Assembly: GCF_001194135.2 (NCBI RefSeq) | Contig: NC_068998.1 | Span: 34,145,693 to 34,180,889 of the forward strand | Source of the DNA: Octopus bimaculoides | Taxonomy: Eukaryota | Length of the DNA stretch: 35,197 nt | Direction of reading: 5' to 3' | Shown here: one piece after another, positions 34,051 to 35,197 of the stretch | Layout of the letters: every line of letters starts with the position of its first letter | Position numbering within the stretch: the first letter of the stretch is position 1 | The notes under the pieces: generated by a model | Databases searched by the model: none | What the model was told of the DNA's origin: nothing | What the model saw: the letters and a program-made list of their open reading frames with translations, nothing else | Position numbers and translations under genes: made by a program

Positions 34051-34385
34051 AAGCCATGGTGAGTTCATAACGGGTACATGTGTACAAAAAATTTAGATTT
34101 GGTGATATTGGTTCCATGAGAGAAAAGAGTTGTGGTGATCAGTCAGTCTTGTGAGTTATTCTTACATTGTAAGTTCCTGTTGATTATCTACTTGAAAGTT
34201 TAGTTTAATATAAGACAGTGTTGTCAAAAACCAGAAATTCTAGTGCTTTTCTTTTAATCCAATGTTTCTTGGAAATTATTGAATTTTTTCAACCTAGTTC
34301 TTCAAGTTCCAATTTCTGGAAATATTGAATAAGATTTCAAACTTTTCTGAAACAGAGAAATGTGTCAATAGTTAGATCTATGTCA

Positions 34386-34447
34386 GTTGGTCAGTTGTAA
34401 ATGTGCATGGTCCAAAGTTGGTCAGTTGTAAATCTGCATGGCCCAAG
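34386..34447 (+). repeat. 31-bp tandem duplication (2 copies)
   Basis: gttggtcagttgtaaatgtgcatggtccaaa / gttggtcagttgtaaatctgcatggcccaag. Confidence 0.9.
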
Positions 34448-34925
34448 GATTAAATTGTGTTATCAATTTTATGGTGGCTAAATTAAATGTGATATATACA
34501 TATATAACAATATATTGATATATAAGGGTAAGATCCAGGAAACAAATGTAGGAAGTTTGTAAGCTTCTGGCAGTCCATGGCATGTAAGGAAACAAGAACT
34601 GAACATTGTACAATCAGGGAAAATAACAATTTATTGGCATCAAAGGTTACACACTTTTTCCTATATCAAAGCTATAAGGGAATTTGATAAGCTGAAAGTT
34701 TCTGTATACTTCATGGTTAGCAACTCGAGTTGCTACAAAGGTAAATAAAGATCCAAATTGAAGGAGAAGACTGGGCAAAATACATATATTTCTTAGTTAC
34801 TTGATCCTCTGATGTAATAATCAATCAGTGAGGAGGTACTCAGTTAATATCAGGTTAAGAGTACCTTAATGAAATGAAGGATACATAATCATACCTAAAG
34901 TTAACATTGAAATTCCAATATACCA

Positions 34926-35190
34926 GGCTGTGTGTTGTGTTCTTGAACAAGACACTTTATTTCACATTGTTCCAGTTGACTCATCAACATCATAACATCA
35001 TTGGTGTCAAGCTGTATTGGCTTTAGCCTTTCCCTTGAATAACATTAGTGGGATGGAGAGGGATGGCTGGTATGCATGGGTGACTGCTGGTCTTTCATAA
35101 ACAACCTTGTCCAGACTTGTGCCTTGGAGGGTAACTTTTTAGGTGCAGTCCCGTGGTCATTCATTACCAAAGGGGGCCTTTACCTATTAT
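34926..35190 (+). mobile_element. SINE-like repeat, family D
   Basis: gtgttgtgttcttgaacaagacactttatttcac resembles the conserved central-domain start (gtgtccttgagcaagacact) of several invertebrate SINEs. The head is not recognisable. Confidence 0.55.
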
Positions 35191-35197
35191 ATATATA

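Overview
AT-rich, microsatellite-dense animal genomic DNA with six N-gaps. The SINE and MITE families look like those of octopus (coleoid cephalopod); this is inferred from recognition, not a database search. I find no intact host gene, no rRNA or tRNA gene and no CRISPR array. Most ORF-track entries are artefacts of simple repeats, N-runs or antisense transposon frames. The window is a layered graveyard of mobile elements. Non-LTR retrotransposons: three R4/Dong-like copies and one HERO-like copy (all with restriction-like endonucleases, RLE), plus CR1-, RTE- and Tx1/L1-like remnants and a Penelope GIY-YIG 3' end. DNA elements: Tc1, mariner and maT-like remnants, several MITEs and a Helitron-like non-autonomous element. 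SINEs: many copies of a few families, labelled A-D here. Best leads: (i) two different R4-like RLE retroelements, each sitting in its own microsatellite, (AAT)n versus (CATA)n; (ii) a HERO-like RLE domain still in one frame; (iii) a CpG-rich, stop-free Ulp1/C48-protease-like fragment running off the left edge, abutting an R4 RLE; (iv) a perfect 262-bp local duplication carrying a Helitron-like 3' end plus its flank; (v) a ~250-bp foldback. None is demonstrably a new biological system from sequence alone. Many boundaries of degenerate copies are approximate.
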